A stretch of 64,000 nt of DNA from NCBI RefSeq assembly GCF_055900595.2, contig NZ_CM148325.1; one strand, given 5' to 3'. The notes under the pieces were generated by a model, which was not told the origin of the DNA, ran no database searches, and worked only from the letters and a program-made list of their open reading frames with translations. Position numbers and translations under genes: made by a program. Positions 31,667-42,656 of the stretch are shown one piece after another. The stretch's first letter is position 1. Each line of letters opens with the position of its first letter.

Positions 31667-32103
31667 GCAGCCCTGTCTCCCCATCTTGCTTTCCACTCCA
31701 GAGCCAGTCGCGCTTCGTCTGACCACTTAACGCCACGCTCTGTACCAAATGCCTGTATAAGCTCTAATAGCTCCGCAAATTCGCTTACACGCATCCTGCT
31801 GGTTGACTGGCCTATTACCACAAAGCCATTCCCGGCAAGGTTAGGAACAACGTCCTGCTGCTTTAATGCTGCTGTAAAAACGCACTTCCAGCTTTCTGCA
31901 TCCAGCCAGCGACCATGCCATTCAACCTGACGCGAGACGTCACCAAGGCAAGCCCAAAGTTTCCGATTTTGGTCTAAGCTGCGGTTACGTTCCTGAATGG
32001 TTACTACGATTGGTTTGGTTGGGTCTGGAAGGATTTGCTGTACTGCGTGAATAGCGTTTTGCTGATGTGCTGGAGATCGAATTTCAAAGGTCAGTTTTTT
32101 CAT
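31663..32103 (-). CDS. ninB: NinB (Orf) recombination mediator
   Basis: 146 aa, MKKLTFEIRSPAHQQNAIHAVQQILPDPTKPIVVTIQERNRSLDQNRKLWACL. Confidence 0.88.
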   Translation of the reverse strand: MKKLTFEIRSPAHQQNAIHAVQQILPDPTKPIVVTIQERNRSLDQNRKLWACLGDVSRQVEWHGRWLDAESWKCVFTAALKQQDVVPNLAGNGFVVIGQSTSRMRVSEFAELLELIQAFGTERGVKWSDEARLALEWKARWGDRAA

Positions 32104-32296
32104 GACTTCCCTCTCTAACAGATTTCAGGTTATTCCACTCCGTTACCGCACTGCGATAATTCGCGGCCGCCACAGCAGCGTGGTTAGCGCAGTAGATTTG
32201 GCACCCGTTCTCCATGTCGAATATTGTCGGTGATTTTCCGCATTTACATTTTTTGGCACGCGGTGCGTCTGAACACATTCCGTTAACGGTGTCCAT
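32084..32296 (-). CDS. Small Cys-rich hypothetical protein
   Basis: 70 aa with CKCGK...CQIYCANH; sits between the replication module and ninB. Confidence 0.4.
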   Translation of the reverse strand: MDTVNGMCSDAPRAKKCKCGKSPTIFDMENGCQIYCANHAAVAAANYRSAVTEWNNLKSVREGSHEKTDL

Positions 32297-32381
32297 TAGG
32301 ATCCCCCTAGTTCTTAATCCAATAAAAAAGGGCTACTGTGTAAATAGCCCCTGTTATTAGCCCAGTGATGTAGATGGTCAT

Positions 32382-34262
32382 TTAATACTCCGTCACGTTT
32401 TCCTGTCGCCACGCCTCGTCATATTCCGATTTCGGCATATTGGCGATGTAGCTATATGGCGATCCTGATTCAAGTTGCAGGAACTGGTGCGATTGCTCGT
32501 CAAGGAACAACGGGACACCACCTTCCCAACCTTCGCCGTTACGTTGTTTTTCAAGCATCAAAACAGATGCCGGAGATGCCAGTAGCTGTTCGTCCTTCTC
32601 TGACATCTTTTCACCACTCTGAACTCTCTGTAACGCTCTCTCGCGAGCCTTGTTACGCCAGATGATGAAAAGGTTGTCTGTCAGGTCTGTTATCGCTCCA
32701 GAGCCTTTTACGTCCATTTTCCCGGTTGGTTTTTCTTCGCTGTCTCCTTTTCGCGAGTGAGTAACGAGAATGACGTGGGAGTTTGTTTTGTTTTTGAAGT
32801 CGCAAATCGAGTCAACAAACGCCTTCTGCCCGTTATAGTCATCGTCGCCTATGCCACATTTCATCAGGCTGTCGATGATGAATAACTGGATCCCGTATCG
32901 GCGGCGAGCGTAGTCGAATATTTCGATCAGCCTGTCGGCTTTCGCCGTTCCGGTCAGGCCAAACACCCAGAGTCTTTCGTCATAAAATTTAAATGCAGAG
33001 TCAATTTCCAGCACTGGCGGCATCTTGCAGCACGTTGCCTGACGGGTAAGGCGCTTAAGGAGAATACCAGGCTTCAGCTCAAGTGACGCGATGCACGTCT
33101 TCACACCCTGACGCATTGCCTCAAGTGCCATATGCCCGACAACCTCCGTTTTTCCGTGACCGTTCACACCATTGACCAGCGTCAACTCGGCCTCACGGAA
33201 CTGGAATTTATCTGCCAGAGATTCCCACGGTGGATTAAACAGATACTGCTGCTTGCCGTAGAAAGCGTTGATAGTGTCCTGGTAAAACTCTCGCGCGCTG
33301 TAGAGTTCTTCAGGATCGAAGTAGGATGCCGTGCCAATGTACTGCCAGATTTCATCCTCGGTAACACCGTTCATCAGGCATTCGTTGATGTCTTTGTACG
33401 GCAGAGTAACAAGACGGCAACGATGTTCACCGAGTCGGCTTGCGATTTCCCTTGCGGCTTCACGACCAACATCATCAACGTCCATCGAGATGAATATTTC
33501 CTCAAACCTGTCGAGGTTGTGATACTCAAACTCAATCCACTGCTGCTTAGCGCCTTTCCCGCCACCAAACGGCACGGATAACGCCGAGATGCCGTATTGC
33601 GCATAGCTCATACAGTCAATTTCGCCTTCGCAAAGTACAACAGCCCTCACGCCAGCGTCCAGAGCCTGCCATCCGAACAGACAAGGTTCGCAATCACCTT
33701 CTGCCATAATGACTTTCTTCCCGTCCGGGCGCTCAGTGCTGATTCGCTTGACCTGCAACAACTCACCATCGCGTTTGTACGGAATCACCAGAGCATCCAG
33801 TTCCCGCTCTCCATTCCACACCTTGCCGCTGACAACCTCGTATCGCTTTACGATTTCTGGCGATATGCCACGCGATTGCAGGTACTCAAGATGGGATTCT
33901 GTTCTGGTAACGTAGCGGGCTATTTTCTTGCGATCAGGTCTGGAGAATTTCTTCTCACGTTTGGCATCGAAATGGTGATCGTCATCCTTGATACCGAGAA
34001 ATGCTTTCGCTTCCTGCATAGCCTGATGCAGGTTAATTCCACGACATGCCATCCACAAATCAAGCATGTCACCGCCGTCTCCCTCAGCGAAATCAGCCCA
34101 TTTTTTCTTGCCGCTAAGATTGACCTTAAGGCTGTTTCCCTTGTCACCGTTGACGTTACCGGCAACCCACTCATGCCCCTCTTTCTTGCCGTTTGGCAAC
34201 AGGTGCGGAGCCACCCTGTCAACCTGCGCCCAAAGCAGGTCGCTAAGTTCACTTGGCGTCAT
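32382..34262 (-). CDS. Replicative primase-helicase (TOPRIM primase fused to DnaB-like helicase)
   Basis: 626 aa; VVLCEGEIDCMSYAQ (TOPRIM acidic motif), GVNGHGKT Walker A, IIDSL Walker B; occupies the lambda P slot. Confidence 0.75.
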   Translation of the reverse strand: MTPSELSDLLWAQVDRVAPHLLPNGKKEGHEWVAGNVNGDKGNSLKVNLSGKKKWADFAEGDGGDMLDLWMACRGINLHQAMQEAKAFLGIKDDDHHFDAKREKKFSRPDRKKIARYVTRTESHLEYLQSRGISPEIVKRYEVVSGKVWNGERELDALVIPYKRDGELLQVKRISTERPDGKKVIMAEGDCEPCLFGWQALDAGVRAVVLCEGEIDCMSYAQYGISALSVPFGGGKGAKQQWIEFEYHNLDRFEEIFISMDVDDVGREAAREIASRLGEHRCRLVTLPYKDINECLMNGVTEDEIWQYIGTASYFDPEELYSAREFYQDTINAFYGKQQYLFNPPWESLADKFQFREAELTLVNGVNGHGKTEVVGHMALEAMRQGVKTCIASLELKPGILLKRLTRQATCCKMPPVLEIDSAFKFYDERLWVFGLTGTAKADRLIEIFDYARRRYGIQLFIIDSLMKCGIGDDDYNGQKAFVDSICDFKNKTNSHVILVTHSRKGDSEEKPTGKMDVKGSGAITDLTDNLFIIWRNKARERALQRVQSGEKMSEKDEQLLASPASVLMLEKQRNGEGWEGGVPLFLDEQSHQFLQLESGSPYSYIANMPKSEYDEAWRQENVTEY

Positions 34263-34369
34263 GATTCCCTCAGATTGAGATTTTTAAACCAGAAATCGAC
34301 AAATGAAATACTTAACCAGCCGTGGTTATAACCAGCGACCAGTAGCGATTTGATTTTTGATTTCATGGT

Positions 34370-35230
34370 TCACCTGTCGAAAAACACGTAGCCAGTTTTC
34401 GATACGGTGATTGCGGATGATGGTTTGGATTGTGGTTGAATGGTTTCTGGCTTTTCGTCGTTCCAGCGTTGACCGTTCAGGTAGCTCGATGGTAACAACC
34501 TGTCGAATCCGAACTGCTTACCATTCCTGCATGCGATGTCTTCTGCCAACATCGTGGCAAACTCGCTTGCCGTACCCCTGGTAGTTTTACGCCATTCCCT
34601 GAACTGTGTTCTGAATGCCGAAGCTGCGTTTTTCTTCCCGGCTTTCCGCATGCCTGCACACCAGAATATTTCCTCGAATGCCTTGTCGGTTTCTTCGTGA
34701 CGGTCAGGTGATTTTTCACACTCCGTCCGAACACTTTCGGACATAGTGTTTTTATTATTTCTTTTTTCTTTTGTAATAGTTTCTTTTGTGTGTCCCTGTT
34801 TTGGTGACAGCGCTGTCACCATTTTGGTGACACTTTTTGTCACCAATGCAGTGACATTATCACCAGAGTAGTGACACCCTTCGATTTGCCATTCCTCGAT
34901 GTTCTTGTTAGGCCCGATTTGCTGGCCTTCGCGAAGGATAACCTTCATCGCGATAAGCTCATTCTTGGCCTTGTTTACCTTCTGTCTTGGCAGCCTGGTA
35001 ATTTGAGCTAACTGACTATCAGAGATGCGATCCATCTTTTTACCGTAGCCGTATGTTTTACGGCATATGGCGTGGGCAACCTTGCTCTGATTTTTCGTTA
35101 AATCTGCGCCGATAAGCTCTTCATACAGGGCATTTGCAAGACGGGTATAACCATCTTCAACTTCTGCCACACGACGCTCCACAGGCCGTTGTGAAGGCCT
35201 TAAATGTGTTACGGTTGCAAGATTACTCAT
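34370..35230 (-). CDS. Replication initiator, lambda O-like N-terminal domain with divergent C-terminus
   Basis: [56 protein letters not shown] parallels the lambda O N-terminal domain; gene contains an iteron array. Confidence 0.75.
   Translation of the reverse strand: MSNLATVTHLRPSQRPVERRVAEVEDGYTRLANALYEELIGADLTKNQSKVAHAICRKTYGYGKKMDRISDSQLAQITRLPRQKVNKAKNELIAMKVILREGQQIGPNKNIEEWQIEGCHYSGDNVTALVTKSVTKMVTALSPKQGHTKETITKEKRNNKNTMSESVRTECEKSPDRHEETDKAFEEIFWCAGMRKAGKKNAASAFRTQFREWRKTTRGTASEFATMLAEDIACRNGKQFGFDRLLPSSYLNGQRWNDEKPETIQPQSKPSSAITVSKTGYVFFDR
34793..34878. repeat. Putative replication origin iterons inside the O-like gene
   Basis: GGTGACA / TGTCACC motif alternating ~6 times (TTGGTGACAGCGCTGTCACCATTTTGGTGACACTTTTTGTCACC...) flanked by an AT-rich stretch at 34745-34790. 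Confidence 0.6.
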
Positions 35231-35403
35231 GACCTTTCTCCTTCTGCATCAGCTTCACTTTTTCCAACTCAGCCCGGAATCGACCAGGCTGCTTGAAGCT
35301 GGACAGGAAGCGATCACGTAGTATGTGTTTGTGAATTTTGTCCTGGTAAGGACTGAGTTGTTTTGTCATAATTACTCCTGTGGATTGATCCAGTCTTTCT
35401 ACA

Positions 35404-35682
35404 TCAGGCCTCGAAGAATTCGCCGTTCTTCGGGGCTTTTTCTTTTGTCAGCATTCTGGCTACTTTCTTAGCCAGTTCCGCCAACTCCTCGTCTTCAACA
35501 CCCCATTCAAGAACAGCCAGAAGCATTCCCATTTTTGGGATGAAGCTGTCTTTCCATCGTGAAATTTGCGATTCATTAATCCCTAACGCGTCGGCCACCT
35601 TTCGCTGACCACGTACAGCAATTCGATTTAGGATGTTGCTTGTAATTGCATTCGCTTTCTTGCGAGTACTTGTAAGTTGCAT
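35404..35682 (-). CDS. cII: cII-like transcriptional activator
   Basis: From internal [65 protein letters not shown], cII-family HTH pattern. Confidence 0.7.
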   Translation of the reverse strand: MQLTSTRKKANAITSNILNRIAVRGQRKVADALGINESQISRWKDSFIPKMGMLLAVLEWGVEDEELAELAKKVARMLTKEKAPKNGEFFEA

Positions 35683-35761
35683 ATGTAAGTATTTCCTTAG
35701 ATAACAATTGATTGAATGTATGCAAATAAATGCATACACCATAGGTGTGGTTTAATTTGAT

Positions 35762-35776
35762 GCCCTTTTTCAGGGC
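35762..35776 (-). promoter_or_regulatory. nutR boxB hairpin
   Basis: Reverse strand GCCCTGAAAAAGGGC between cro and cII. Confidence 0.7.
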
Positions 35777-35801
35777 TGGGATGTGTAAGAGCGGGAATGT
35801 C

Positions 35802-37154
<1,353 letters not shown>

Positions 37155-37203
37155 TCCCCACCTCAATCTCGATAACCAAAAACAAACTATTTTTCATTTA
37201 AAA

Positions 37204-37271
37204 ACAATGGAGTTTGTTTTTCACGCCCCTTTTTACAATATTTCTTGTTTACAACATACAATCTTTCTTGT
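37204..37271. promoter_or_regulatory. Left operator oL (three 434-type sites) with pL
   Basis: ACAATGGAGTTTGT, ACAATATTTCTTGT, ACAATCTTTCTTGT upstream of N. Confidence 0.8.
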
Positions 37272-37331
37272 AATTTTAAGCCATCAGCAGGACGCACTGA
37301 CCACCATGAAGGTGAGGCTCTTAAAAATTAA

Positions 37332-37346
37332 GCCCTGAAGAAGGGC
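37332..37346 (+). promoter_or_regulatory. nutL boxB hairpin (boxA-like GCTCTTA just upstream)
   Basis: GCCCTGAAGAAGGGC preceded by GGCTCTTAAAAATTAA, as in lambda nutL. Confidence 0.8.
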
Positions 37347-37544
37347 AGCATTCAAAGCAGAAGGCTTTGGGATTGGATGAATGAGCAGGCTGATGCTCGA
37401 CCAATGTATAAACAGCGCTCATGGCAAGCAGTAACCAATCTGCGCCTCAAGACAGCGTCACTGGTAGTGCGGGCGCTCTAACCAGTAAGCCGGGGTTCAG
37501 CGCCGGCCATCCAATCACCAAAGCTAACTGACAGGAGAATCCAG

Positions 37545-37877
37545 ATGGATGCACAAACACGCCGCCGCGAACGTCGCGCAGAGAAACAGGCTCAATGGAA
37601 AGCAGCAAATCCCCTGTTGGTTGGGGTAAGCGCAAAACCAGTTAACCGCCCTATTCTCTCGCTGAATCGCAAACCGAAATCACGAGTAGAAAGCGCACTG
37701 AATCCGATAGACCTTACGGTGCTGGCTGAATACTACGAACAGATTGAAAGCAACCTGCAACGTATTGAGCGCAAGAATCAGCGCACATGGTACAGCAAGC
37801 CACGGAGTGAAATGGGTGTGACATGCTCAGGCCGCCAGAAGCAACGCGGAAAATCAATTCCGGCTTATTACGATTGA
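37545..37877 (+). CDS. N: Antiterminator N
   Basis: MDAQTRRRERRAEKQAQWKAANPLLVGVSAKPVNRPILSLNRKPKSRVESALNPIDLTVLAEY, arginine-rich motif; lambda N-like. Confidence 0.9.
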   Translation: MDAQTRRRERRAEKQAQWKAANPLLVGVSAKPVNRPILSLNRKPKSRVESALNPIDLTVLAEYYEQIESNLQRIERKNQRTWYSKPRSEMGVTCSGRQKQRGKSIPAYYD

Positions 37878-37885
37878 GGTGAGAT

Positions 37886-38137
37886 ATGGAATTTCATGAA
37901 AGTGCGATTTGTGATTTTCGCGCTAACGCAAATTCAGTAAAACCACAGCCAATTGCAGTTCTTTTTAAAACAATGGGAGCGTGGGCTGTTTTATGCTTCG
38001 CCTCTGACGACACTGATGCAAGAATGGCAATAGGCCAAGAGATGGAGATGGACCCGACAAACGATGAATTCATAATTTATGGCGCTCCATCTAATTACTT
38101 ACTTGATACCTGCAACATTTACAACAAGGCTGCCTGA
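37886..38137 (+). CDS. Hypothetical early protein (ral position)
   Basis: 83 aa ORF 8 bp after N, followed by a hairpin plus T-run terminator-like structure. Confidence 0.45.
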   Translation: MEFHESAICDFRANANSVKPQPIAVLFKTMGAWAVLCFASDDTDARMAIGQEMEMDPTNDEFIIYGAPSNYLLDTCNIYNKAA

Positions 38138-38196
38138 TGGTGGCCTTTATTTTTTTGCCGTAAATAATTTCATGATTATTACAATCAAGGTGATAT

Positions 38197-38385
38197 ATGA
38201 AACGTAAATTTGAAATTTGGTTGGATTCCGGAGCAAACATTCACTCTTGCAAAAAGACAGTTGTAACACTCGATGATCTTGGCTTATCCGAGAATGAGTG
38301 GAATGAAATGGATCAGGACGAAAAAGACGAAAACATGCGTGATGTAGCATTTGAAACGCTTGATTGGGGATGGAAGGAAATTTAA
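38197..38385 (+). CDS. Small acidic hypothetical protein
   Basis: 62 aa, very acidic (ENEWNEMDQDEKDENMRD); followed by hairpin GGCCGCATAGTCGGCC plus T-run. Confidence 0.45.
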   Translation: MKRKFEIWLDSGANIHSCKKTVVTLDDLGLSENEWNEMDQDEKDENMRDVAFETLDWGWKEI

Positions 38386-38624
38386 GTGATGGCCGCATAG
38401 TCGGCCTTTATTTTTGGCATAAACAACAGAATAAACACAGCACTGTGTATTCATTCCAACGAGTGAATACACGGAGCAATGTCGCTCGTAACTAAACAGG
38501 AGCCGACTTGTTCTGATTATTGGAAATCTTCTTTGCCCTCCGATGTGAGGGCTTTTTTATATGCATACCAATAACGCTTCACTCGAGGCGTTTTCGTTAT
38601 GCAATCAAACAGAAGGAGCATCCT

Positions 38625-38795
38625 ATGCAACAGTTCGCTATTGCAGGGGCGGCATCGGTTCGCCCTTTCAACCCGATTTTATCGGTACAGCATTCACGAA
38701 AAAATATTTTAACCGGAGCAGACTTTAAACAACCAAGAATGAAAAGTTTGCTCGAAAAGCTTTGGGATATTTTGAAACAACAAGGCCGTCCATGA
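38625..38795 (+). CDS. cIII-like small protein
   Basis: 56 aa from ATG after AGGAG: MQQFAIAGAASVRP...SLLEKLWDILKQQGRP, resembling the lambda cIII pattern. Confidence 0.5.
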   Translation: MQQFAIAGAASVRPFNPILSVQHSRKNILTGADFKQPRMKSLLEKLWDILKQQGRP

Positions 38796-38950
38796 GTTTT
38801 ACGGATAACTGGTCAGACGAAGAATTCATTCGTCAGATGAAAGAATTAATCGGTAACGAAGGAGATATTCATGTCACTTGCAACCACAGTGAAGGAGAGC
38901 AAGTTACAGAGACGCATGTACACGCAGAAAGCTCTCTGGTATCGCCATAA
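38792..38950 (+). CDS. Small hypothetical protein (start overlaps cIII-like stop)
   Basis: 52 aa MSFTDNWSDEEFIRQMKELIGNEGDIHVTCNHSEGEQ...; ATGA overlap. Confidence 0.35.
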   Translation: MSFTDNWSDEEFIRQMKELIGNEGDIHVTCNHSEGEQVTETHVHAESSLVSP

Positions 38951-39049
38951 TGGCGACCGCGAAGGAATGCGGGTATGCCTTAATTTGTCCCGAGTCGAAG
39001 TATTAAATCAGCGTTATTTCCTTGGGCCATGTCCATTCTGAGGTGATTT

Positions 39050-39757
39050 ATGGATTTGAATAAATTCGATGAGCCATTCAGCCCTGAAGATATCGAATGG
39101 CGAATACAGCAAAGCGGTAAAACACGCGATGGCAAAGTGTGGGCTATGGTGCTGGCTTATGTCACGAACCGGGCAATCATGAAACGCCTGGACGATGTTT
39201 GCGGCAAAGCAGGATGGCGCAATGAATACCGCGATATTCCCAACAACGGCGGAGTTGAATGCGGCATATCAATCAAGATTGATTCCGAATGGGTAACCAA
39301 ATGGGATGCCGCTGAAAACACGCAGGTAGAAGCCGTCAAAGGTGGTCGTTCCGGTGCAATGAAGCGCGCTGCCGTTCAGTGGGGAATCGGTCGGTATCTG
39401 TATAACCTTGAGGAAGGTTTTGCACAAACATCTCTCGATAAAAAGCAGGGATGGCACAGGGCAAAACTCAAGGATGGAACAGGATTTTACTGGCTCCCTC
39501 CATCGCTGCCGGGATGGGCAATCCCAGCATCAGATAACAAACCATCACCAGAAAATACCAACCAGAAATCTCCATCGGTTGACTGCGAACAAATCCTGAA
39601 AGACTTCAGCGATTATGCGTCAACAGAAACTGACAAGAAAAAACTCATCGAGCGTTATCAGCGTGACTGGCAATTAATGGCTGGCAACGAGGAGGCGCAG
39701 GCTAAATGCGTTCAGGTAATGAACATCAGAGTTAACGAACTAAAACAGGCGGCATAA
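39050..39757 (+). CDS. Single-strand annealing protein (Rad52/Sak-like recombinase)
   Basis: 235 aa in the recombination slot of the pL operon; architecture-based inference, not lambda Bet. Confidence 0.55.
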   Translation: MDLNKFDEPFSPEDIEWRIQQSGKTRDGKVWAMVLAYVTNRAIMKRLDDVCGKAGWRNEYRDIPNNGGVECGISIKIDSEWVTKWDAAENTQVEAVKGGRSGAMKRAAVQWGIGRYLYNLEEGFAQTSLDKKQGWHRAKLKDGTGFYWLPPSLPGWAIPASDNKPSPENTNQKSPSVDCEQILKDFSDYASTETDKKKLIERYQRDWQLMAGNEEAQAKCVQVMNIRVNELKQAA

Positions 39758-40225
39758 ATGTCTCACTTGGACGGAATTATTAAAAGATTCGAGTCCAGCT
39801 ACAAAGTTAATGAAACAACAGGTTGCTGGGAGTCTACCTATTCAAAAAACAAAGGAGGATACACAAAATTTGTAGCCTTTGGCGTAACAATGCTTTCTCA
39901 TCGGGTTGCTTTTGAGCTTTATCACTCCCCCATTCCATCTGGGAAGATGGTTTGCCACAAATGCGATAACCCATGCTGCGTTAATCCTGAACATCTCTTT
40001 TTAGGTAGCGCGCAAGAAAACATGGACGACAAGATAGCAAAAGGAAGGCATCGTGGAGCCAAGAAAGGTCATGCTCATCATGGTGCAAAATTAACAGAGT
40101 GGCAGGTTATAGAAATTAGGAAAAGACTCTCTGAAAAAGAGAGTCAGTACAAGATAGCAAAAGACATGGGTGTATCTCAATCAATTATAAGCAACATAAA
40201 AACTGGCAAGAGGTGGAGCAAATGA
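39758..40225 (+). CDS. HNH endonuclease
   Basis: 155 aa; [11 protein letters not shown]...[29 protein letters not shown]/zinc motif; inserted between annealing protein and SSB. Confidence 0.75.
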   Translation: MSHLDGIIKRFESSYKVNETTGCWESTYSKNKGGYTKFVAFGVTMLSHRVAFELYHSPIPSGKMVCHKCDNPCCVNPEHLFLGSAQENMDDKIAKGRHRGAKKGHAHHGAKLTEWQVIEIRKRLSEKESQYKIAKDMGVSQSIISNIKTGKRWSK

Positions 40226-40728
40226 GTTCTCGCGGGATAAATAAGGTGATTATTCTTGGTCGGGTAGGACAAGACCCGGAAGTTCGATACTCACCATCAG
40301 GAACAGCGTTCGCTAACCTGACAATAGCCACGTCAGAACAATGGCGAGATAAAAATACTGGCGAGCAAAAGGAATTGACTGAATGGCATCGTGTTGCTGT
40401 ATCCGGGAAACTGGCTGAGGTCGTGGGGCAGTATGTGAAAAAAGGTGATCAGATTTATTTCGAGGGAATGCTGAGAACCAGAAAGTGGAAAGACCAGTCA
40501 GGGCAAGACCGTTACACAACCGAGGTTCATGTCGGAATTAATGGTGTGATGCAAATGCTTGGCGGCATTGGCGACAGCAAACAACAAGCATCCAGCAGGC
40601 AATCACAGAAGCCACAGCAGCAATCATCACCAGCACAACACAACGAACCTCCGATGGATTTTGACGACGATATACCCTTTGCACCAGTAACTCTCCCCTT
40701 CCCTCGTCACGCTATTCACGCAATTTAA
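40222..40728 (+). CDS. ssb: Single-stranded DNA-binding protein
   Basis: [48 protein letters not shown]...; OB-fold SSB signature and acidic DFDDDIPF tail motif. Confidence 0.85.
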   Translation: MSSRGINKVIILGRVGQDPEVRYSPSGTAFANLTIATSEQWRDKNTGEQKELTEWHRVAVSGKLAEVVGQYVKKGDQIYFEGMLRTRKWKDQSGQDRYTTEVHVGINGVMQMLGGIGDSKQQASSRQSQKPQQQSSPAQHNEPPMDFDDDIPFAPVTLPFPRHAIHAI

Positions 40729-40741
40729 TCAGGAGAAAATC

Positions 40742-41035
40742 ATGCCAGCGCCTCAGTATGGTGCGGATGACCCGCGCCGCTGTTCCGGCAATTCCGTATC
40801 GGAGGTGCTGGATAAATTCAGAAAAAACTACGACCTGATAATGTCGCTACCGCAGGAAACGAAAGAGGAAAAGGAATTTCGCCATTGTATATGGCTTGCA
40901 GAGAAAGAAGAACGCGAGCGAATTTACCAGACATCAATCCGACCATTCCGCAAAGCCACATATACCCACTTCCCTGAAATTGACCCGCGCCTGCGTAATT
41001 ACCGCTCACGCTATGGCGCTATCAGTAATGACTGA
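40742..41035 (+). CDS. Hypothetical early protein
   Basis: 97 aa ORF in operon context. Confidence 0.45.
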   Translation: MPAPQYGADDPRRCSGNSVSEVLDKFRKNYDLIMSLPQETKEEKEFRHCIWLAEKEERERIYQTSIRPFRKATYTHFPEIDPRLRNYRSRYGAISND

Positions 41036-41045
41036 GGAATTTACC

Positions 41046-41210
41046 ATGAGAGGACTTGCATACAATCCCGGCATTCTTCCGGCAGAAATGATTATTCGCC
41101 AACGCGTAAAGCCAATGCCATCGAGAGAGGAATTGCTTAAGAGAAATTCTTTTCCATCAGTGTATCAAAACAAATATCTGAATGCAATGTGGCGGAGTGG
41201 GAAGAAATGA
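41046..41210 (+). CDS. Small hypothetical protein
   Basis: 54 aa from ATG after GAGGA; tight spacing. Confidence 0.3.
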   Translation: MRGLAYNPGILPAEMIIRQRVKPMPSREELLKRNSFPSVYQNKYLNAMWRSGKK

Positions 41211-41626
41211 AACAAATGTCACTAATTGAGATGGATGGATTTCTGAAAGGTAAATGCATCCCAAGTGATTTAAAGGTTAACGAAACAAACGCTGATTATC
41301 TGGTGCGTAAATTTGCTGAAGCGGAGGCCAAGTGCGCGGCGCTTGCGGCGGAGAATGAGCTGGCTCGTAAGGCAGTTCAGGCATTCTGCGATGTTGTTGG
41401 CGACAACACCGAGGTTATCGCTGAGGTGGTTGGGCGAGATGGCGTTCTGGTTATTTTGGAGGCCATGAAGGCAACAGGAAATATGCCAGCCACCGATGCT
41501 TTTCTGGCTGAAGTACGGGCGCAGGGTGTTGAATTGTTGCGCGAGCATCCTGCTATCCAGATTTGCTCTTTAACGCACGTATGCGACGAGTTCGCCGCCC
41601 AGCTTCGTCAGGGGGAAGCGGTATGA
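41207..41626 (+). CDS. Hypothetical early protein
   Basis: 139 aa, [16 protein letters not shown]..., overlapping starts/stops with neighbours. Confidence 0.45.
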   Translation: MKQMSLIEMDGFLKGKCIPSDLKVNETNADYLVRKFAEAEAKCAALAAENELARKAVQAFCDVVGDNTEVIAEVVGRDGVLVILEAMKATGNMPATDAFLAEVRAQGVELLREHPAIQICSLTHVCDEFAAQLRQGEAV

Positions 41627-41940
41627 GCATAGTTGATGATTCACATCTTACAGACGAAGTGGTTAACGCCGCTTTCGAAGGTACCAATTTCGGGCGCACT
41701 GATTTCCGCACCATTCTGGCAGAAACAGTTATGAAGCGTGCTGCTGGCTATCACTCTGGCTACACGGCAACGACTATCTGTATTCGCCTGGGATTGCTTG
41801 GCAAACACGATCGCCCGACAAAACTCGGCCTGACCTTCGCTTTCCATCACTACTACAGGCCATGCGTTCGCGAAGCGCTGATTTCGCATAACAGCCTTGA
41901 AGTATGGGCAAAACTTGGAGCACAGGAGTCCGCCAAATGA
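41623..41940 (+). CDS. Hypothetical early protein
   Basis: 105 aa, [20 protein letters not shown]...; ATGA overlap with upstream gene. Confidence 0.45.
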   Translation: MSIVDDSHLTDEVVNAAFEGTNFGRTDFRTILAETVMKRAAGYHSGYTATTICIRLGLLGKHDRPTKLGLTFAFHHYYRPCVREALISHNSLEVWAKLGAQESAK

Positions 41941-42224
41941 GCAACATCAACAAACAGGCGCTGATTGCAAAAATCAAAAAGCAGGCCGAAAGCTTCGACA
42001 CAGTGGTGTTGAGAGAGGATGAAGCTAACGCGCTGCTGGATGAGCTGGAAGCAGCAGAGAAGCGGATTGCTGAACTGGAAGCGCGGGAAATACTGCTCCC
42101 GGAACGTAGCAGCATGCTTCATCGAACAGATTTTCACGATGATTACCAAACGGTAATGGCATACAAAGTTTCTGAAGTCATCGATGCAATCCGCGCCGCT
42201 GGCATTCGTATCAAAGGAGAGTGA
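41937..42224 (+). CDS. Hypothetical coiled-coil protein
   Basis: 95 aa, MSNINKQALIAKIKKQAE...LDELEAAEKRIAELEAREI. Confidence 0.45.
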   Translation: MSNINKQALIAKIKKQAESFDTVVLREDEANALLDELEAAEKRIAELEAREILLPERSSMLHRTDFHDDYQTVMAYKVSEVIDAIRAAGIRIKGE

Positions 42225-42225
42225 T

Positions 42226-42447
42226 ATGGCTAACTCATTACTTGAAACCTGCAACAACTGGCAGATTCAGAGGGCGGAGATTTTATCTCGCAATCCAGAT
42301 ATGGCAATGACAATTGATAATCTGGACACGCTAATTGAACGGACCGTGCGTTCTGCAATTGATATAGCACATCGAGTGGATTGGGATTTCAGAGAAGCGG
42401 AGCGACTTGCTAAAGAGCAGGCGAAAGCAGCGGGTAAAGGAGAGTGA
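42226..42447 (+). CDS. Hypothetical early protein
   Basis: 73 aa, MANSLLETCNNWQIQRAEIL...; start within repeated AAAGGAGAGTGATATGG junction. Confidence 0.45.
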   Translation: MANSLLETCNNWQIQRAEILSRNPDMAMTIDNLDTLIERTVRSAIDIAHRVDWDFREAERLAKEQAKAAGKGE

Positions 42448-42448
42448 T

Positions 42449-42646
42449 ATGGATAAAAACACCACTGCTTACTGGAGTCTTTCACTTGATACCGAATGTC
42501 CCAAATGCGGCCACAATTTCGATCTGCTTTGCGATGCTGATTTCTGGGAATTTTCTGGAGCAAAACAGGCATGTGAAGAAATAAAAGGTTACGAAACATG
42601 CTGCCCAGAATGTAACCATGAATTTAAAACAGATTTTGTGTATTGA
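42449..42646 (+). CDS. Small zinc-ribbon protein
   Basis: 65 aa with CPKCGH...CCPECNH four-Cys motif. Confidence 0.5.
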   Translation: MDKNTTAYWSLSLDTECPKCGHNFDLLCDADFWEFSGAKQACEEIKGYETCCPECNHEFKTDFVY

Positions 42647-42656
42647 GGCATAACGA

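Noticed and set aside
33597-34331. 244 aa plus-strand ORF overlapping the primase-helicase gene
   Set aside because: Antisense shadow of the 626 aa minus-strand gene, which has clear TOPRIM and Walker motifs.
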